Assembly (NCBI GenBank): GCA_947478525.1
Contig: CANJVU010000003.1
Location: 55,562-119,561, forward strand
Source of the DNA: Thiotrichales bacterium
GTDB lineage: Bacteria > Pseudomonadota > Gammaproteobacteria > Francisellales > CACEW01
DNA: 64,000 nucleotides
Direction of reading: 5' to 3'
Within the stretch, counting starts at the first letter, position 1. Every line of letters starts with the position of its first letter. This document shows, in pieces, positions 19,001 to 29,119 of this stretch. Position numbers and translations under genes: made by a program. The notes under the pieces were generated by a model. It saw only the letters and a list, made by a program, of their open reading frames with translations. It ran no database searches and was not told the origin of the DNA.

Positions 19001-20132
19001 AGTATTGGTGGGTGCTACTGTGCAAGCAGGTCCTGACAAGTTGAAGAAAGATGCGCCGATCACCGCAGCGTATTTAGATAAACTGGATCATGAAAAATGG
19101 TTTTCAATAAAACCAAATGAGAAAAAATTAGCAGATCACTTGAAGAAAGCGCAAAAACAATTGAAACAATATCGTGATGCATATGATGAGCGTTACAAGG
19201 AGAAGCAAACCAAGTTGACGCAGGGTGATGATTTGTCACCAGGCGTATTGAAAATCGTGAAAGTGTATGTGGCCATTAAACGTCGCGTACAACCTGGTGA
19301 TAAGCTTGCGGGTCGTCATGGTAACAAAGGGGTAATTTCACGTATTCTGCCCGTCGAAGACATGCCATATTTGGCGGATGGTACCACGGTTGATGTGGTG
19401 CTGAACCCATTGGGCGTACCCTCACGGATGAACATTGGTCAGATTCTTGAGACGCATTTAGGTTGGGCTGCGAAAGGCATGGGCTTGAAGATCGCCGCAA
19501 TGCTAGATGAGCACGCCAAACCAAAAGCGGTACGCGAATACTTAGAGCAGATCTATAGCGTTGCCGACTCTCAATCCGTTGATTTATCCAAATTCAAAGA
19601 TGCGGATGTGATGGAATTAGCGCATAACCTGCGTGGCGGTGTTCCGATTGCAACCCCAGTTTTTGATGGGGTACAAGAGTCGCAAATCAAAGAAATGTTG
19701 AAATTGGCAGGGTTACCAGAGTCAGGTCAGACCACCTTATATGATGGTCGTACCGGCGATGCGTTTGACCGTCCGGTGACCGTGGGTTACATGTACATGC
19801 TCAAATTGAATCACTTGGTAGATGACAAGATGCATGCACGTTCTACTGGTTCGTATAGCTTGGTTACTCAGCAGCCGTTGGGTGGTAAAGCGCAGTTCGG
19901 TGGTCAGCGTTTCGGAGAGATGGAGGTATGGGCGCTTGAGGCTTATGGCGCAGCGTATACCTTGCAAGAAATGCTCACCGTAAAATCAGATGATGTGGCG
20001 GGGCGTACCAAAATGTACAAAAACATTGTCGATGGCGACCATTATATGGATCCTGGCATGCCGGAATCTTTCAACGTACTGATGAAAGAAGTGCGGTCGT
20101 TGGGTATTGATATGGATTTGGATGCAGAATAA
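16053..20132 (+). CDS. rpoB: DNA-directed RNA polymerase subunit beta
   Basis: 1359 aa. Rif-cluster [34 protein letters not shown] and [17 protein letters not shown]. Confidence 0.99.
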   Translation: MSYSYAEKKRIRKTFGQLKDVIAIPYLLEIQKQSYYDFLQETIDPESRKNKGLQAAFTSIFPIKSLSGNAELQYVSYRLGKPIFDVSECRTRGVTYASPLRVKMRLVVYEKESTGTQPVVKDIKEQDVYMGEIPLMTDNATFVVNGTERVIVSQLHRSPGVFFEHDRGKTHSSGKLLYAARIIPYRGSWLDFEFDPKDCMYARIDRRRKLPATILLRALGYSTAEILELFFDTTTFHLDKGKLVVELIPERLRGERASFDIKDEKGKVIVESGRRITVRHIQAMEKAKVSNLEVPEDFVIGKAFAEDITEKKTGEVLVAANDLVTAEALRKLEKAGVKTFKSLYTNDLNRGPYMSDTLRIDSARTQMDALVEIYRMMRPGEPPTADAAQTMFHNLFFNLERYDLSDVGRMKFNMRVGINKKTGPGVLSKDDIVLVLKTLINIRNGQDEVDDIDHLGNRRVRSVGEMTENQFRVGLVRVEKAVRERLSMVDREQMMPQDLVNAKPVSAAIKEFFGSSQLSQFMDQNNPLSEVTHKRRVSALGPGGLTRERAGFEVRDVHPTHYGRLCPIETPEGPNIGLINSLACFARTNEYGFLEAPYRKVDDGKVTDQIDYLSAIEEGKYVIAQASTRLKKDKLVDDLISCRHKGEIIFSTADKVDYMDISTKQMVSVAAALVPFLEHNDANRALMGANMQRQAVPTLRSEKPLVGTGIERVVATDSGAGVVARRSGTVESVDAGRIVIRVDEKEIGEGDAWVDIYNLTKFTRSNHNTCMNQRPIVSLGDSVGRGDLIADGSCIDKGELALGQNFLVAFMPWNGFNFEDSILISERVVEEDRFTTIHIEELTCVSRDTKLGPEEITADIPNVSESALAKLDETGVVYIGAEVNPGDILVAKVTPKGETQLTPEEKLLRAIFGEKASDVKDSSLRVPTGMSGTIIDVQVFTRDGVEKDSRALDIEKTGLDRIKKDLNDEFRILEDTIFQHLKSVLVGATVQAGPDKLKKDAPITAAYLDKLDHEKWFSIKPNEKKLADHLKKAQKQLKQYRDAYDERYKEKQTKLTQGDDLSPGVLKIVKVYVAIKRRVQPGDKLAGRHGNKGVISRILPVEDMPYLADGTTVDVVLNPLGVPSRMNIGQILETHLGWAAKGMGLKIAAMLDEHAKPKAVREYLEQIYSVADSQSVDLSKFKDADVMELAHNLRGGVPIATPVFDGVQESQIKEMLKLAGLPESGQTTLYDGRTGDAFDRPVTVGYMYMLKLNHLVDDKMHARSTGSYSLVTQQPLGGKAQFGGQRFGEMEVWALEAYGAAYTLQEMLTVKSDDVAGRTKMYKNIVDGDHYMDPGMPESFNVLMKEVRSLGIDMDLDAE

Positions 20133-20141
20133 GTAATAGTT

Positions 20142-20229
20142 GCCCCCACCCCAACCCTCCCCCGGCAGAGACAGGGGAGGGCGCTAATTCCCTCCTCCAG
20201 CGCAGCTGGGGGAGGGCTAGGGAGGGGGC
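20142..20229. repeat. GC-rich composite palindromic (REP-like) element in the rpoB-rpoC spacer
   Basis: Two hairpins: ccctcccc(20155-62)/ggggaggg(20174-81) and ccctcctcc(20190-98)/gggggaggg(20208-16). Outer 21-nt arms 20142-62 and 20209-29 are complementary at 18/21 positions. Far more GC-rich than the flanks. Confidence 0.6.
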
Positions 20230-20265
20230 GGATTGAATTAAATGCGTGAAATTAGGAGATGAACC

Positions 20266-23200
20266 TTGAAAGATCTACTTGGCGTCGTTAGACAACACAC
20301 TAAAAAAACAGATTTCAGTCGCATTCGTATTGGTTTGGCTTCCCCAGAAGCGATCCGCTCGTGGTCGTATGGCGAAGTTAAAAAACCAGAAACCATTAAC
20401 TATAGAACCTTCAAGCCTGAGCGCGAAGGCTTATTCTGTGCCAAAATCTTTGGACCGATCAAAGATTTCGAATGTTTGTGCGGTAAATATCGCCGTCTCA
20501 AACATCGTGGCGTAATTTGTGAAAAATGTGGCGTGGAAGTAACTCAAGCCAAAGTGCGTCGTGAACGCATGGGCCATATTGAATTGGCTTCGCCAGTTGC
20601 GCATATCTGGTTCTTGAAATCCTTACCTTCGCGTATCGGCATGATGTTAGACATGACCCTGCGTGAAATTGAGCGCGTATTATATTTCGAAGCCTATGTG
20701 GTGGTTGAGCCAGGCATGACCAAATTGGAACGTGGTCAGTTATTGAGTGAAGAAGCTTATTTAGATGCGCTAGAAGAATATGGCGATGAATTTGAAGCGA
20801 TGATGGGTGCAGAAGCAGTACAAAAACTGTTGAAGTCGCTCAGTGTTCCGGAAGAAATTGTGAAGATTCGCGAAGAACTGCCTTCAGTTAATTCCGAAAC
20901 TAAAATCAAAAAATTATCCCGTCGTTTGAAGTTGCTCGAGTCTTTCTCAGAATCTGGCAACAATCCTGCCTGGATGGTGATGAGCGTATTGCCGGTATTG
21001 CCACCAGACTTGCGTCCTTTGGTACCGTTGGATGGCGGTCGTTTTGCGACGTCAGATTTGAACGATTTATATCGCCGTGTCATCAACCGTAACAACCGTT
21101 TGAAACGTTTGCTAGAATTAAATGCACCTGACATCATCGTGCGCAACGAAAAACGTATGCTGCAAGAGTCTGTGGATGCCTTGTTAGACAATGGTCGCCG
21201 CGGTCGTGCGGTTACCGGTTCCAACAAACGTGCGTTGAAATCACTCGCAGACATGATCAAAGGTAAAGGCGGTCGTTTCCGTCAAAACTTGCTCGGTAAG
21301 CGTGTGGATTACTCCGGACGTTCGGTAATCGTGGTTGGTCCTACCTTGAAATTACATCAGTGTGGATTGCCTAAGAAAATGGCGTTGGAATTGTTCAAAC
21401 CGTTTATCTTCAGTAAATTGGAATCACGCGAATTGGCGACCACCATCAAAGCGGCTAAGAAAATGGTGGAGCGCGAAGAAGCAGTGGTCTGGGATATTTT
21501 AGAAGATGTCATTCGCGAACATCCCGTGCTGTTAAACCGGGCACCTACTTTGCACCGGTTGGGTATCCAGGCGTTTGAACCAATTTTGATTGAAGGTAAA
21601 GCGATTCAATTGCATCCTTTGGTGTGCGTGGCGTATAACGCTGACTTTGACGGTGACCAAATGGCGGTACACGTGCCATTAACCTTAGAAGCACAAATTG
21701 AAGCCCGTGCGTTAATGATGGCCACCAACAATATTTTACATCCGGCGAATGGTGAGCCAATCATCAGCCCAACGCAAGACGTGGTATTGGGTCTGTATTA
21801 TATGACCCGTATTCGTATCAATGCCAAAGGCGAAGGTAAAATCTTTACCGACCTCGATGAAGTACATCGCGCTTATGCGGCAGGTGCAGTGCATCTGCAA
21901 GCCAAAATCAAAGTGCGTATGACCAACAAGGTTTTGGATAATGATGGCGTGATGCAAGTTGCTTACGGCTTGGTCGATACTACGGTCGGTCGCGCATTGT
22001 TGTCAGAAATATTGCCAGAAGGCTTATCATTTGCGTTGGTGGATCAAGTATTGACGAAGAAGACCATCGCGAAGATTATCGATACTTGCTATCGTCGCCT
22101 GGGCATCAAAGCCACCGTGGTTTTTGCTGACCAATTGATGTATACCGGCTTTAAATATTCAACCATTTCGGGTATCTCGATTGGTATTAATGACTTGGTT
22201 GTACCAAAAGAAAAAGTCAAAATCATTGAACACGCTGAAAATCAAATTAAGGAAATTGCGGAACAATTTTCCTCTGGTTTGCTGACCGAAGGTGAGCGCT
22301 TAAACAAAGCGATCGACATCTGGTCCCGTGCTAATGACCAAGTGTCGAAAGCCATGATGGATGTAATTGCGCAAGAAACTGTGATTAATGCCGAAGGTAA
22401 AAAGGTGCAAACCGAATCCTTCAACGCCGTTCATATGATGGCAGATTCTGGTGCACGGGGTTCTGCGGCACAGATTCGTCAGCTTGCTGGTATGCGTGGA
22501 CTGATGGCGAAACCGGACGGAACGATTATTGAAACTCCTATCGTGGCAAACTTCCGCGAAGGCTTGAACGTATTGCAATACTTCACCTCAACCCATGGTG
22601 CACGTAAAGGGTTGGCCGATACCGCATTGAAAACCGCAAACTCGGGTTATTTGACACGTCGTTTGGTTGACGTTTCACAAGACGTGGTTGTGACCATGGA
22701 AGATTGTGGTACCAACCAAGGCTTGATGATCCATCCGCATATTCAGGGTGGTGACGTGGTTGTACCCTTGCATGAACGTGTATTGGGTCGTGTCACTGCA
22801 GTTGATGTGATCTCGCCAATGGATAATAAAACCTTGCTGGCACCCGCAGGTACTTTGCTGGATGAGCGTTGGGTTGAAAAATTAGAAATGAACGGGGTTG
22901 ACGAACTTAAAGTGCGTTCCGCTATCACTTGCCTGGCGCCTCGTGGTATTTGTGCTTCCTGTTATGGTCGTGACTTAGGTCGTGGCCATCGGGTTAATAT
23001 CGGTGAAGCTGTTGGTGTTATTGCAGCGCAGTCTATCGGTGAGCCGGGTACACAGTTAACCATGCGTACCTTCCACATCGGGGGTGCGGCGTCGCGTACC
23101 ACATCAGAAAACAACGTTCAGATTAAAACCGAAGGCCAAGTGCGCTTCCACAATATCAAAACCGTGCGTAATAGCAGTGGTAAGCTGGTCAGCGTATCAC

Positions 23201-24483
23201 GTTCTGGTGAGTTAACCGTTAGTGATAACCATGGTCGTGAGAAAGAGCGTTACAAGATTCCTTATGGTGCTGAGTTGTCGGTAGAAGACCACGCTAAAGT
23301 GAAGGCGGGTACGGTAGTGGCCAATTGGGACCCCCATACCCACCCAATCGTGTGTGAGATTGCGGGTAAAGTGAAGTTTGTCGATTTAATCGATGGCATG
23401 ACCGTACGTCATCAAACCGATGAATTAACCGGTTTGACCAGCATGGTCATCATGGACTCCACGCAACGTTCTGCTGCGGGTAAAGAATTGAAACCGACCT
23501 TGCGCTTGTTGGATGAAAAAGGCAAAGACCTGAACTTCCTCAACAGTAATGTCCCTGCACATTATTTCTTACCTGCGAATGCGATGGTACAAGTACAAGA
23601 TGGTGCAAAAGCCAATATTGGTGACATCTTGGCGCGTATTCCACAAGAAGGGTCGAAAAACAAAGACATTACCGGGGGCTTGCCTCGCGTTGCTGACTTG
23701 TTTGAAGCACGTCGACCTAAAGAGCCTGCAATTTTGGCGGAAGCCAGTGGTTTAATTAGCTTTGGTAAAGAAACCAAAGGCAAGCGTCGTCTGTTGATTA
23801 CCTCGATTGATGGTACGGTAACCGAGTTGTTGATCCAAAAATGGCGTCATATTAACGTGTTTGAAGGGGAGCAAGTGGAGCGAGGCGAAGTGGTCTCCGA
23901 TGGTCCAATGGATCCGCATGATATCTTGCGTTTGCAAGGTGTGAGTGCATTGGCGAGCTATTTGAGCAATGAGATTCAGGACGTTTACCGCTTGCAAGGC
24001 GTTAAAATTAACGACAAGCACATCGAAGTGATTGTGCGTCAGATGATTCGCCGTGTAGAGTTGACATTTGTGGGTGACAGTAAGTTTATCTTGGGTGAAA
24101 TGGCCGATTATGCGAAGGTCAAAGAATCTGCTGAGCGCCTTACCGCGCAAGGTAAGGCAGCGCCAAGGTTTAATCGCCTGTTACAGGGGATTACCAAAGC
24201 GTCGCTATCGACCGAATCGTTTATTTCGGCTGCATCGTTCCAAGAAACCACTCGTGTGCTTACGGAAGCTGCGGTCAGCGGTCGCGTTGATGACTTGTAT
24301 GGCTTGAAAGAAAACGTCACCGTCGGTCGTTTGATTCCTGCCGGTACAGGTATGGCGTATCATTTGATGCGTGAACAGCAACGTGCCGCAGCGCAAACTC
24401 GTCGTCAAGGCCCAACCGCTGAAGAAGTACATAGCGCGTTGAGTGCGGCGTTGACGGATAATGAATCGTCGAAGAAAGAGTAA
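20266..24483 (+). CDS. rpoC: DNA-directed RNA polymerase subunit beta'
   Basis: 1405 aa. Zn motif [20 protein letters not shown] and catalytic NADFDGDQM. Uses a TTG start with SD AGGAG 8 nt upstream (MKDLL...). Confidence 0.99.
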   Translation: MKDLLGVVRQHTKKTDFSRIRIGLASPEAIRSWSYGEVKKPETINYRTFKPEREGLFCAKIFGPIKDFECLCGKYRRLKHRGVICEKCGVEVTQAKVRRERMGHIELASPVAHIWFLKSLPSRIGMMLDMTLREIERVLYFEAYVVVEPGMTKLERGQLLSEEAYLDALEEYGDEFEAMMGAEAVQKLLKSLSVPEEIVKIREELPSVNSETKIKKLSRRLKLLESFSESGNNPAWMVMSVLPVLPPDLRPLVPLDGGRFATSDLNDLYRRVINRNNRLKRLLELNAPDIIVRNEKRMLQESVDALLDNGRRGRAVTGSNKRALKSLADMIKGKGGRFRQNLLGKRVDYSGRSVIVVGPTLKLHQCGLPKKMALELFKPFIFSKLESRELATTIKAAKKMVEREEAVVWDILEDVIREHPVLLNRAPTLHRLGIQAFEPILIEGKAIQLHPLVCVAYNADFDGDQMAVHVPLTLEAQIEARALMMATNNILHPANGEPIISPTQDVVLGLYYMTRIRINAKGEGKIFTDLDEVHRAYAAGAVHLQAKIKVRMTNKVLDNDGVMQVAYGLVDTTVGRALLSEILPEGLSFALVDQVLTKKTIAKIIDTCYRRLGIKATVVFADQLMYTGFKYSTISGISIGINDLVVPKEKVKIIEHAENQIKEIAEQFSSGLLTEGERLNKAIDIWSRANDQVSKAMMDVIAQETVINAEGKKVQTESFNAVHMMADSGARGSAAQIRQLAGMRGLMAKPDGTIIETPIVANFREGLNVLQYFTSTHGARKGLADTALKTANSGYLTRRLVDVSQDVVVTMEDCGTNQGLMIHPHIQGGDVVVPLHERVLGRVTAVDVISPMDNKTLLAPAGTLLDERWVEKLEMNGVDELKVRSAITCLAPRGICASCYGRDLGRGHRVNIGEAVGVIAAQSIGEPGTQLTMRTFHIGGAASRTTSENNVQIKTEGQVRFHNIKTVRNSSGKLVSVSRSGELTVSDNHGREKERYKIPYGAELSVEDHAKVKAGTVVANWDPHTHPIVCEIAGKVKFVDLIDGMTVRHQTDELTGLTSMVIMDSTQRSAAGKELKPTLRLLDEKGKDLNFLNSNVPAHYFLPANAMVQVQDGAKANIGDILARIPQEGSKNKDITGGLPRVADLFEARRPKEPAILAEASGLISFGKETKGKRRLLITSIDGTVTELLIQKWRHINVFEGEQVERGEVVSDGPMDPHDILRLQGVSALASYLSNEIQDVYRLQGVKINDKHIEVIVRQMIRRVELTFVGDSKFILGEMADYAKVKESAERLTAQGKAAPRFNRLLQGITKASLSTESFISAASFQETTRVLTEAAVSGRVDDLYGLKENVTVGRLIPAGTGMAYHLMREQQRAAAQTRRQGPTAEEVHSALSAALTDNESSKKE

Positions 24484-24501
24484 AGTGATTGTTGTTAACA
24501 T

Positions 24502-24527
24502 AAAAAGGCAGCTTCGGCTGCCTTTTT
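24502..24527 (+). terminator. rho-independent terminator after rpoC
   Basis: AAAAAGGCAGC-TTCG-GCTGCCTTTTT. A perfect 6-bp GC-rich stem with a tetraloop and T-run (A/T-flanked, so possibly bidirectional). Confidence 0.85.
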
Positions 24528-24595
24528 ACTATTTGTGCTTCTATATTGAGAGGGTAAATGATACAATTCAACCACTGATTTTTTAGGACATTATA

Positions 24596-25375
24596 ATGAA
24601 AGCAGTCATTTTAGCGGGTGGTTTGGGTACTCGTTTAAGCGAAGAAACTGATAAAAAACCTAAACCAATGGTCGAAATTGGTGGCAAGCCAATCTTGTGG
24701 CATTTGATGAAAATGTACTCCGCTCATGGTGTGAATGAGTTTATCATTTGCTTGGGCTACAAGGGTTATTTGATCAAAGAGTATTTTGCCAATTATTTTT
24801 TACATACCTCTGATGTGACCATTGATATTGAACACAATCAGATTGAAGTTCATGCCAAAAAAGGTGAACCCTGGAAGATTACTCTGGTAGATACAGGTGA
24901 TACGACCATGACGGGTGGGCGTTTAAAACGTGTTAAACCGTATCTCAACCCCAAAGAACATTTTTGTTTTACCTATGGCGATGGTTTAAGCGATATTAAT
25001 ATTACCGAATTGATTGCATTTCATCAAAAGCATCAACAGCTGGCTACGGTCACTGCAGTTAAACCTGCGGGTCGTTTTGGGGTTTTGGATCTGGCCGATG
25101 ATCATACTCAAGTCAGATCTTTTCAAGAGAAACCTAAAGGTGATGGGGCCTGGATCAACGGTGGGTTTTTTGTATTGTCTCCCAAAGTCATTGATTATAT
25201 TGATGCGGATGAAACCATTTGGGAACAAGCGCCTATGAGAAAATTAGCCACTGACAACCAAATGAATGCTTTTTTACATGAAGGTTTTTGGCAACCGATG
25301 GATACCTTGCGTGAAAAAGTGCTGTTAGAGAAACTATGGGATAGCGGTAAGGCGCCCTGGAAAATCTGGTCATGA
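24596..25375 (+). CDS. rfbF: glucose-1-phosphate cytidylyltransferase
   Basis: [32 protein letters not shown] nucleotidyltransferase loop. 259 aa, and the stop overlaps the next gene. Confidence 0.9.
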   Translation: MKAVILAGGLGTRLSEETDKKPKPMVEIGGKPILWHLMKMYSAHGVNEFIICLGYKGYLIKEYFANYFLHTSDVTIDIEHNQIEVHAKKGEPWKITLVDTGDTTMTGGRLKRVKPYLNPKEHFCFTYGDGLSDINITELIAFHQKHQQLATVTAVKPAGRFGVLDLADDHTQVRSFQEKPKGDGAWINGGFFVLSPKVIDYIDADETIWEQAPMRKLATDNQMNAFLHEGFWQPMDTLREKVLLEKLWDSGKAPWKIWS

Positions 25376-26439
25376 ATACCGCTTTTTGGTCTACTAAAAA
25401 AGTATTGCTTACTGGTCATACCGGTTTTAAAGGCAGTTGGCTCAGCCTCTGGTTGCAACAAGCCGGTGCCAAATTATGCGGTATTGCCTTGCCACCCAAT
25501 ACTCAGCCTAATTTATTTGAATTGGCACAAGTGGTTGAAGGTATGCAGAGTCACTTTGTTGATATTCGCGATGCCGCTGCCGTTAAAAAAATCATGGATA
25601 CCTTTAAGCCAGAGATTGTCATTCATATGGCTGCTCAGCCACTGGTGCGCTATTCCTATGACTTCCCCGTCGAAACCTATGCCACTAATGTGATGGGTAC
25701 GGTGCATGTATTGGAAGCCGCGCGGCATTGTGACAGCGTGCGCGTGGTGGTGAACGTCACCACGGATAAATGCTATGAAAACCGTGAGTGGGTATGGGGT
25801 TATCGTGAAAACGAGCCCATGGGTGGACATGACCCTTACAGCAACAGCAAAGGCTGCTCGGAGCTGGTGACCAGCGCGTATCGAAATTCTTTTTATCATA
25901 AAGCGGGGAAAGGCCTTGCTTCCGCTCGGGCGGGTAATGTCATTGGTGGCGGTGATTGGGCGTTAGATCGCTTAGTCCCGGATATTATCAACAGCATTAT
26001 TCATAAACAACCGGTGGCAGTACGTAATCCAACCGCCATTCGCCCCTGGCAACATGTATTAGAACCGTTATCGGGTTATCTATTATTGGCCGAGAAATTG
26101 TGGGATAATCCCAAGCATTATGCAGAAGGGTGGAATTTCGGACCCCATGTGCATGATGCCGTCAATGTGGGTATAGTGGTTGAAAAAATATTGGCTCAAT
26201 GGGGTTCTGATCATGCGGGTTCTAAACACGAATCGCAGCAAGGTGCACCACATGAAGCGAATTATTTGAAGCTGGATATCACCAAAGCCCAAGCTGAGCT
26301 ACACTGGCAACCGCGTTTGACCTTGGATATGACTTTGCAGTGGCTGGTAGAATGGTACCATGCCTGGATGCGAAAAGAAGACATGAAAGTATTTACGTTG
26401 AAACAAATTGAACAATATCAAAATAAAGCAGGAGTATAA
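25372..26439 (+). CDS. rfbG: CDP-glucose 4,6-dehydratase
   Basis: [13 protein letters not shown] Rossmann motif, DPYSNSK (YxxxK), 355 aa, directly after rfbF. Confidence 0.9.
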   Translation: MNTAFWSTKKVLLTGHTGFKGSWLSLWLQQAGAKLCGIALPPNTQPNLFELAQVVEGMQSHFVDIRDAAAVKKIMDTFKPEIVIHMAAQPLVRYSYDFPVETYATNVMGTVHVLEAARHCDSVRVVVNVTTDKCYENREWVWGYRENEPMGGHDPYSNSKGCSELVTSAYRNSFYHKAGKGLASARAGNVIGGGDWALDRLVPDIINSIIHKQPVAVRNPTAIRPWQHVLEPLSGYLLLAEKLWDNPKHYAEGWNFGPHVHDAVNVGIVVEKILAQWGSDHAGSKHESQQGAPHEANYLKLDITKAQAELHWQPRLTLDMTLQWLVEWYHAWMRKEDMKVFTLKQIEQYQNKAGV

Positions 26440-26440
26440 G

Positions 26441-27649
26441 ATGAGCAAAGAACAATTTATCCACGTCCCTTATGGTAAAGCTGTATGGGGTGAAGCTGAG
26501 AAGAAAGCCGTAATGCACGTATTGGACACCTCCACTCAAATGGGCAAACATGTTCGTGATATGGAAGCAGGCGTTGCTAAATTATTTGATAAAAAACATG
26601 GTATTATGGTCAATTCTGGTTCTTCTGCCAACTATCTGGCGGTTGAGATCATGAATTTGCCCAAAGGCAGTGAAGTGATCACACCTGTCTTAACGTTCTC
26701 AACCACGGTAGCGCCGTTGGTTAAAGCAGGGTTGATTCCTGCGTTTGTGGATGCAGAACCTGCGACGTTCAATATTGACGCCAATCAAATTGAAGCGATG
26801 ATTACGCCAAAAACCAAAGCGATGTTTATTCCTAATTTATTGGGTAACTTGCCAGACTGGCATAAAATCCGTGCGTTAGCTGACAAATACAATCTATTTT
26901 TGGTTGAAGACTCTGCGGATACCTTGGGTGCGACGATTGATGGCAAAACCGCCGGGCGTTTTGTCGATTTGTCCACCACCAGTTTTTATGGTTCGCATGT
27001 GGTGACATGCGGCGGTAACGGCGGTATGGTTTGTGTGAATGATGACAAAATGGCGGATCGCGCTAAACTTTTGCGCAGCTGGGGCCGTAGCTCTTCTTTG
27101 TTCGTCGAGTCGGAAGCCATTGAAAACCGTTTCAACACCAAAGTGGATGGCGTACAATACGACGCTAAATTTATCTTTGAAGCCTTGGGTTATAATATTG
27201 AGCCCAATGAAATGTGCGCAGCCTTTGGACTGGTACAGTTGGATTATCTGCAAAAAAATATTGATATTCGTAACCAGTGGTTCAAAAGACAACGTGACTT
27301 CTTTGCGCAATATCCTCAATTTTTTACCTTGCCCGAGCAGTTGCCGCATTCCCGTACGGGCTGGTTGGCGTTCCCCTTTATTATTAAAGACGGCGCACCG
27401 TTTACGCGCACCGAGATGCAGATTTTCTTGGAGAAACGCAATATCCAAACACGTACGGTATTCACCGGTAATATCTTACGCCAACCTGGCTTTTCCGATA
27501 TTGAATGCCGTAAGGATCCAGCAGGTTACCCTAATAGCGACCGCGTGATGAAAAATGGAATGCTGTTAGCCTGTCATCACGGATTGACCGAGGAAATGCT
27601 GGCGCATGTGCATGAGTCGGTGGCGTTGTTCTTGAAACAATTTAACTAG
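26441..27649 (+). CDS. rfbH: RfbH/ColD-family PLP/PMP-dependent NDP-4-keto-6-deoxyhexose 3-dehydratase (DegT/DnrJ/EryC1 fold)
   Basis: SFYGSHVVTCGGNGG has His where aminotransferases carry the PLP lysine. TGWLAFPFIIKDG and RTVFTGNILRQP are typical of RfbH/ColD. Start set at ATG 26441 (SD AGGAG). The protein has no C-x-C motif. Confidence 0.85.
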   Translation: MSKEQFIHVPYGKAVWGEAEKKAVMHVLDTSTQMGKHVRDMEAGVAKLFDKKHGIMVNSGSSANYLAVEIMNLPKGSEVITPVLTFSTTVAPLVKAGLIPAFVDAEPATFNIDANQIEAMITPKTKAMFIPNLLGNLPDWHKIRALADKYNLFLVEDSADTLGATIDGKTAGRFVDLSTTSFYGSHVVTCGGNGGMVCVNDDKMADRAKLLRSWGRSSSLFVESEAIENRFNTKVDGVQYDAKFIFEALGYNIEPNEMCAAFGLVQLDYLQKNIDIRNQWFKRQRDFFAQYPQFFTLPEQLPHSRTGWLAFPFIIKDGAPFTRTEMQIFLEKRNIQTRTVFTGNILRQPGFSDIECRKDPAGYPNSDRVMKNGMLLACHHGLTEEMLAHVHESVALFLKQFN

Positions 27650-27668
27650 ATTACAGGTAGTTAGTAAG

Positions 27669-28214
27669 ATGAAATTTGCTGAAACTAAAATCCCCGGATG
27701 TTTTGAGATCACTCCTTTTGTGCATCAGGATGATCGTGGATGTTTCGTCAAAATTTTTAACGAAAGTGTGTTTCAGCAACACGGCTTGTCATTCGAAACC
27801 AAAGAAGAATATTTCTCGATTTCAAAAAAGGGCGTTTTGCGAGGTATGCACTTCCAAATGCCACCCGACCATCATGCGAAATTGGTCTATTGTATTGAGG
27901 GCGAAGTGTTAGATGTTTTGGTGGATTTGCGTGTCGATTCGCCTGTGTATGGAAAGCCTGTGACATTTCAGCTCAATAGCACTAGACGCAATATTCTTTT
28001 AATTCCGGTGGGGGTTGCCCATGGTTTTTATACGGTGAGTGATCAAGCGACCTTGATTTATAAAACCAGTACGATTCATGCGCCTCAATCCGATGCAGGG
28101 ATTTTGTGGTCTTCTTTCCCGGACTTATGGCCAACGAATCAGCCTAATTTATCGGATCGAGATAAGAAACATCCTTTGTTAAAAGATTTTCAATCACCTT
28201 TTAAGATGGGGTAA
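27669..28214 (+). CDS. RmlC-like cupin sugar nucleotide 3,5- (or 5-) epimerase
   Basis: FVHQDDRGCFVK, LRGMHFQ and PVGVAHGF motifs of the dTDP-4-dehydrorhamnose 3,5-epimerase fold. Distinct from the bona fide rmlC at 39254. Confidence 0.8.
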   Translation: MKFAETKIPGCFEITPFVHQDDRGCFVKIFNESVFQQHGLSFETKEEYFSISKKGVLRGMHFQMPPDHHAKLVYCIEGEVLDVLVDLRVDSPVYGKPVTFQLNSTRRNILLIPVGVAHGFYTVSDQATLIYKTSTIHAPQSDAGILWSSFPDLWPTNQPNLSDRDKKHPLLKDFQSPFKMG

Positions 28215-28219
28215 AGTAG

Positions 28220-29119
28220 ATGTTAAAGCGGGCGTTACTGACCGGAGCAACCGGATATTTAGGGTCTGAGCTGGTTAAGTATTTATTACGTCAGCAAGTT
28301 CAGGTCAGCATCATTGTCAGGCCGCATTCAGATTTATCTATTTTGCAGAATGAATTAGCGCATATAAAAGTTTTTGTAGATCAACAAGATCACGATGCTT
28401 TAGTGGCTTTTATAAAGGCAGAAGCGCCGGAGGTGGCATTTCACCTGGCCTCTTTGTTTATTGTAGAGCATCAGCCTGTTCAGGTGACCGCATTGATTGA
28501 GGCTAATGTTTTATTCTCGACACGTTTATGTGAAGCCATGCGAGCAGCAGGAGTGAAGCGTTTGGTGAATACAGGTACGTCATGGCAGCACTATCAAAAT
28601 ACTGAGTATAAGCCAGTGAATCTGTATGCCGCGACCAAACAAGCGTTTTATGATATTTTGTGTTATTACGTCGATGCACATGAATTTCAAGTGATTAATC
28701 TAGAATTGTTTGATACTTATGGCCCTCTTGACCGGCGTAAAAAATTAATTCAAATTTTGCTAAAACACATTAATAATCCCACTCCACTGGAAATGTCACC
28801 AGGAGATCAAATTTTGGATTTACTGCACGTGGATGATGTGTGTGAGGCATATCATTGTGCAGCGAAACAGTTGCAAGCCAGTTATGTGGCATGTTTTGAA
28901 AGCTATATGTTGGGTACGGAACAGCCTGTCACGCTAAAAGCGTTGGTGGCGTTACTACAGAAGCTCGCTGTGCCTAGAAAATTACTGGTGAACTTTGGAG
29001 GAAGGTCTTATCGCAATCGAGAAGTGATGGAACTTTGGCAGAAGGGAAAACAATTGCCGAATTGGCGTCCTCGTGTATCTTTATATGAGGGGCTGAAAAA
29101 CCTTGTGGGGCAAGCATGA
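28220..29119 (+). CDS. NAD(P)-dependent SDR epimerase/reductase (candidate NDP-4-keto-3,6-dideoxyhexose reductase)
   Basis: LLTGATGYLGSELV Rossmann motif and YAATK (YxxxK). Sits after the dehydratase and epimerase genes. Confidence 0.8.
   Translation: MLKRALLTGATGYLGSELVKYLLRQQVQVSIIVRPHSDLSILQNELAHIKVFVDQQDHDALVAFIKAEAPEVAFHLASLFIVEHQPVQVTALIEANVLFSTRLCEAMRAAGVKRLVNTGTSWQHYQNTEYKPVNLYAATKQAFYDILCYYVDAHEFQVINLELFDTYGPLDRRKKLIQILLKHINNPTPLEMSPGDQILDLLHVDDVCEAYHCAAKQLQASYVACFESYMLGTEQPVTLKALVALLQKLAVPRKLLVNFGGRSYRNREVMELWQKGKQLPNWRPRVSLYEGLKNLVGQA

Noticed and set aside
20757-21260. 167-aa minus-strand ORF (and several others, 16436-24571) inside rpoB/rpoC
   Set aside because: These are shadow ORFs within highly conserved polymerase genes.
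26894-27548. 184-aa minus-strand and 169-aa plus-strand ORFs inside the rfbH-like gene
   Set aside because: They are out-of-frame or antisense to a gene with strong family motifs and have none of their own.
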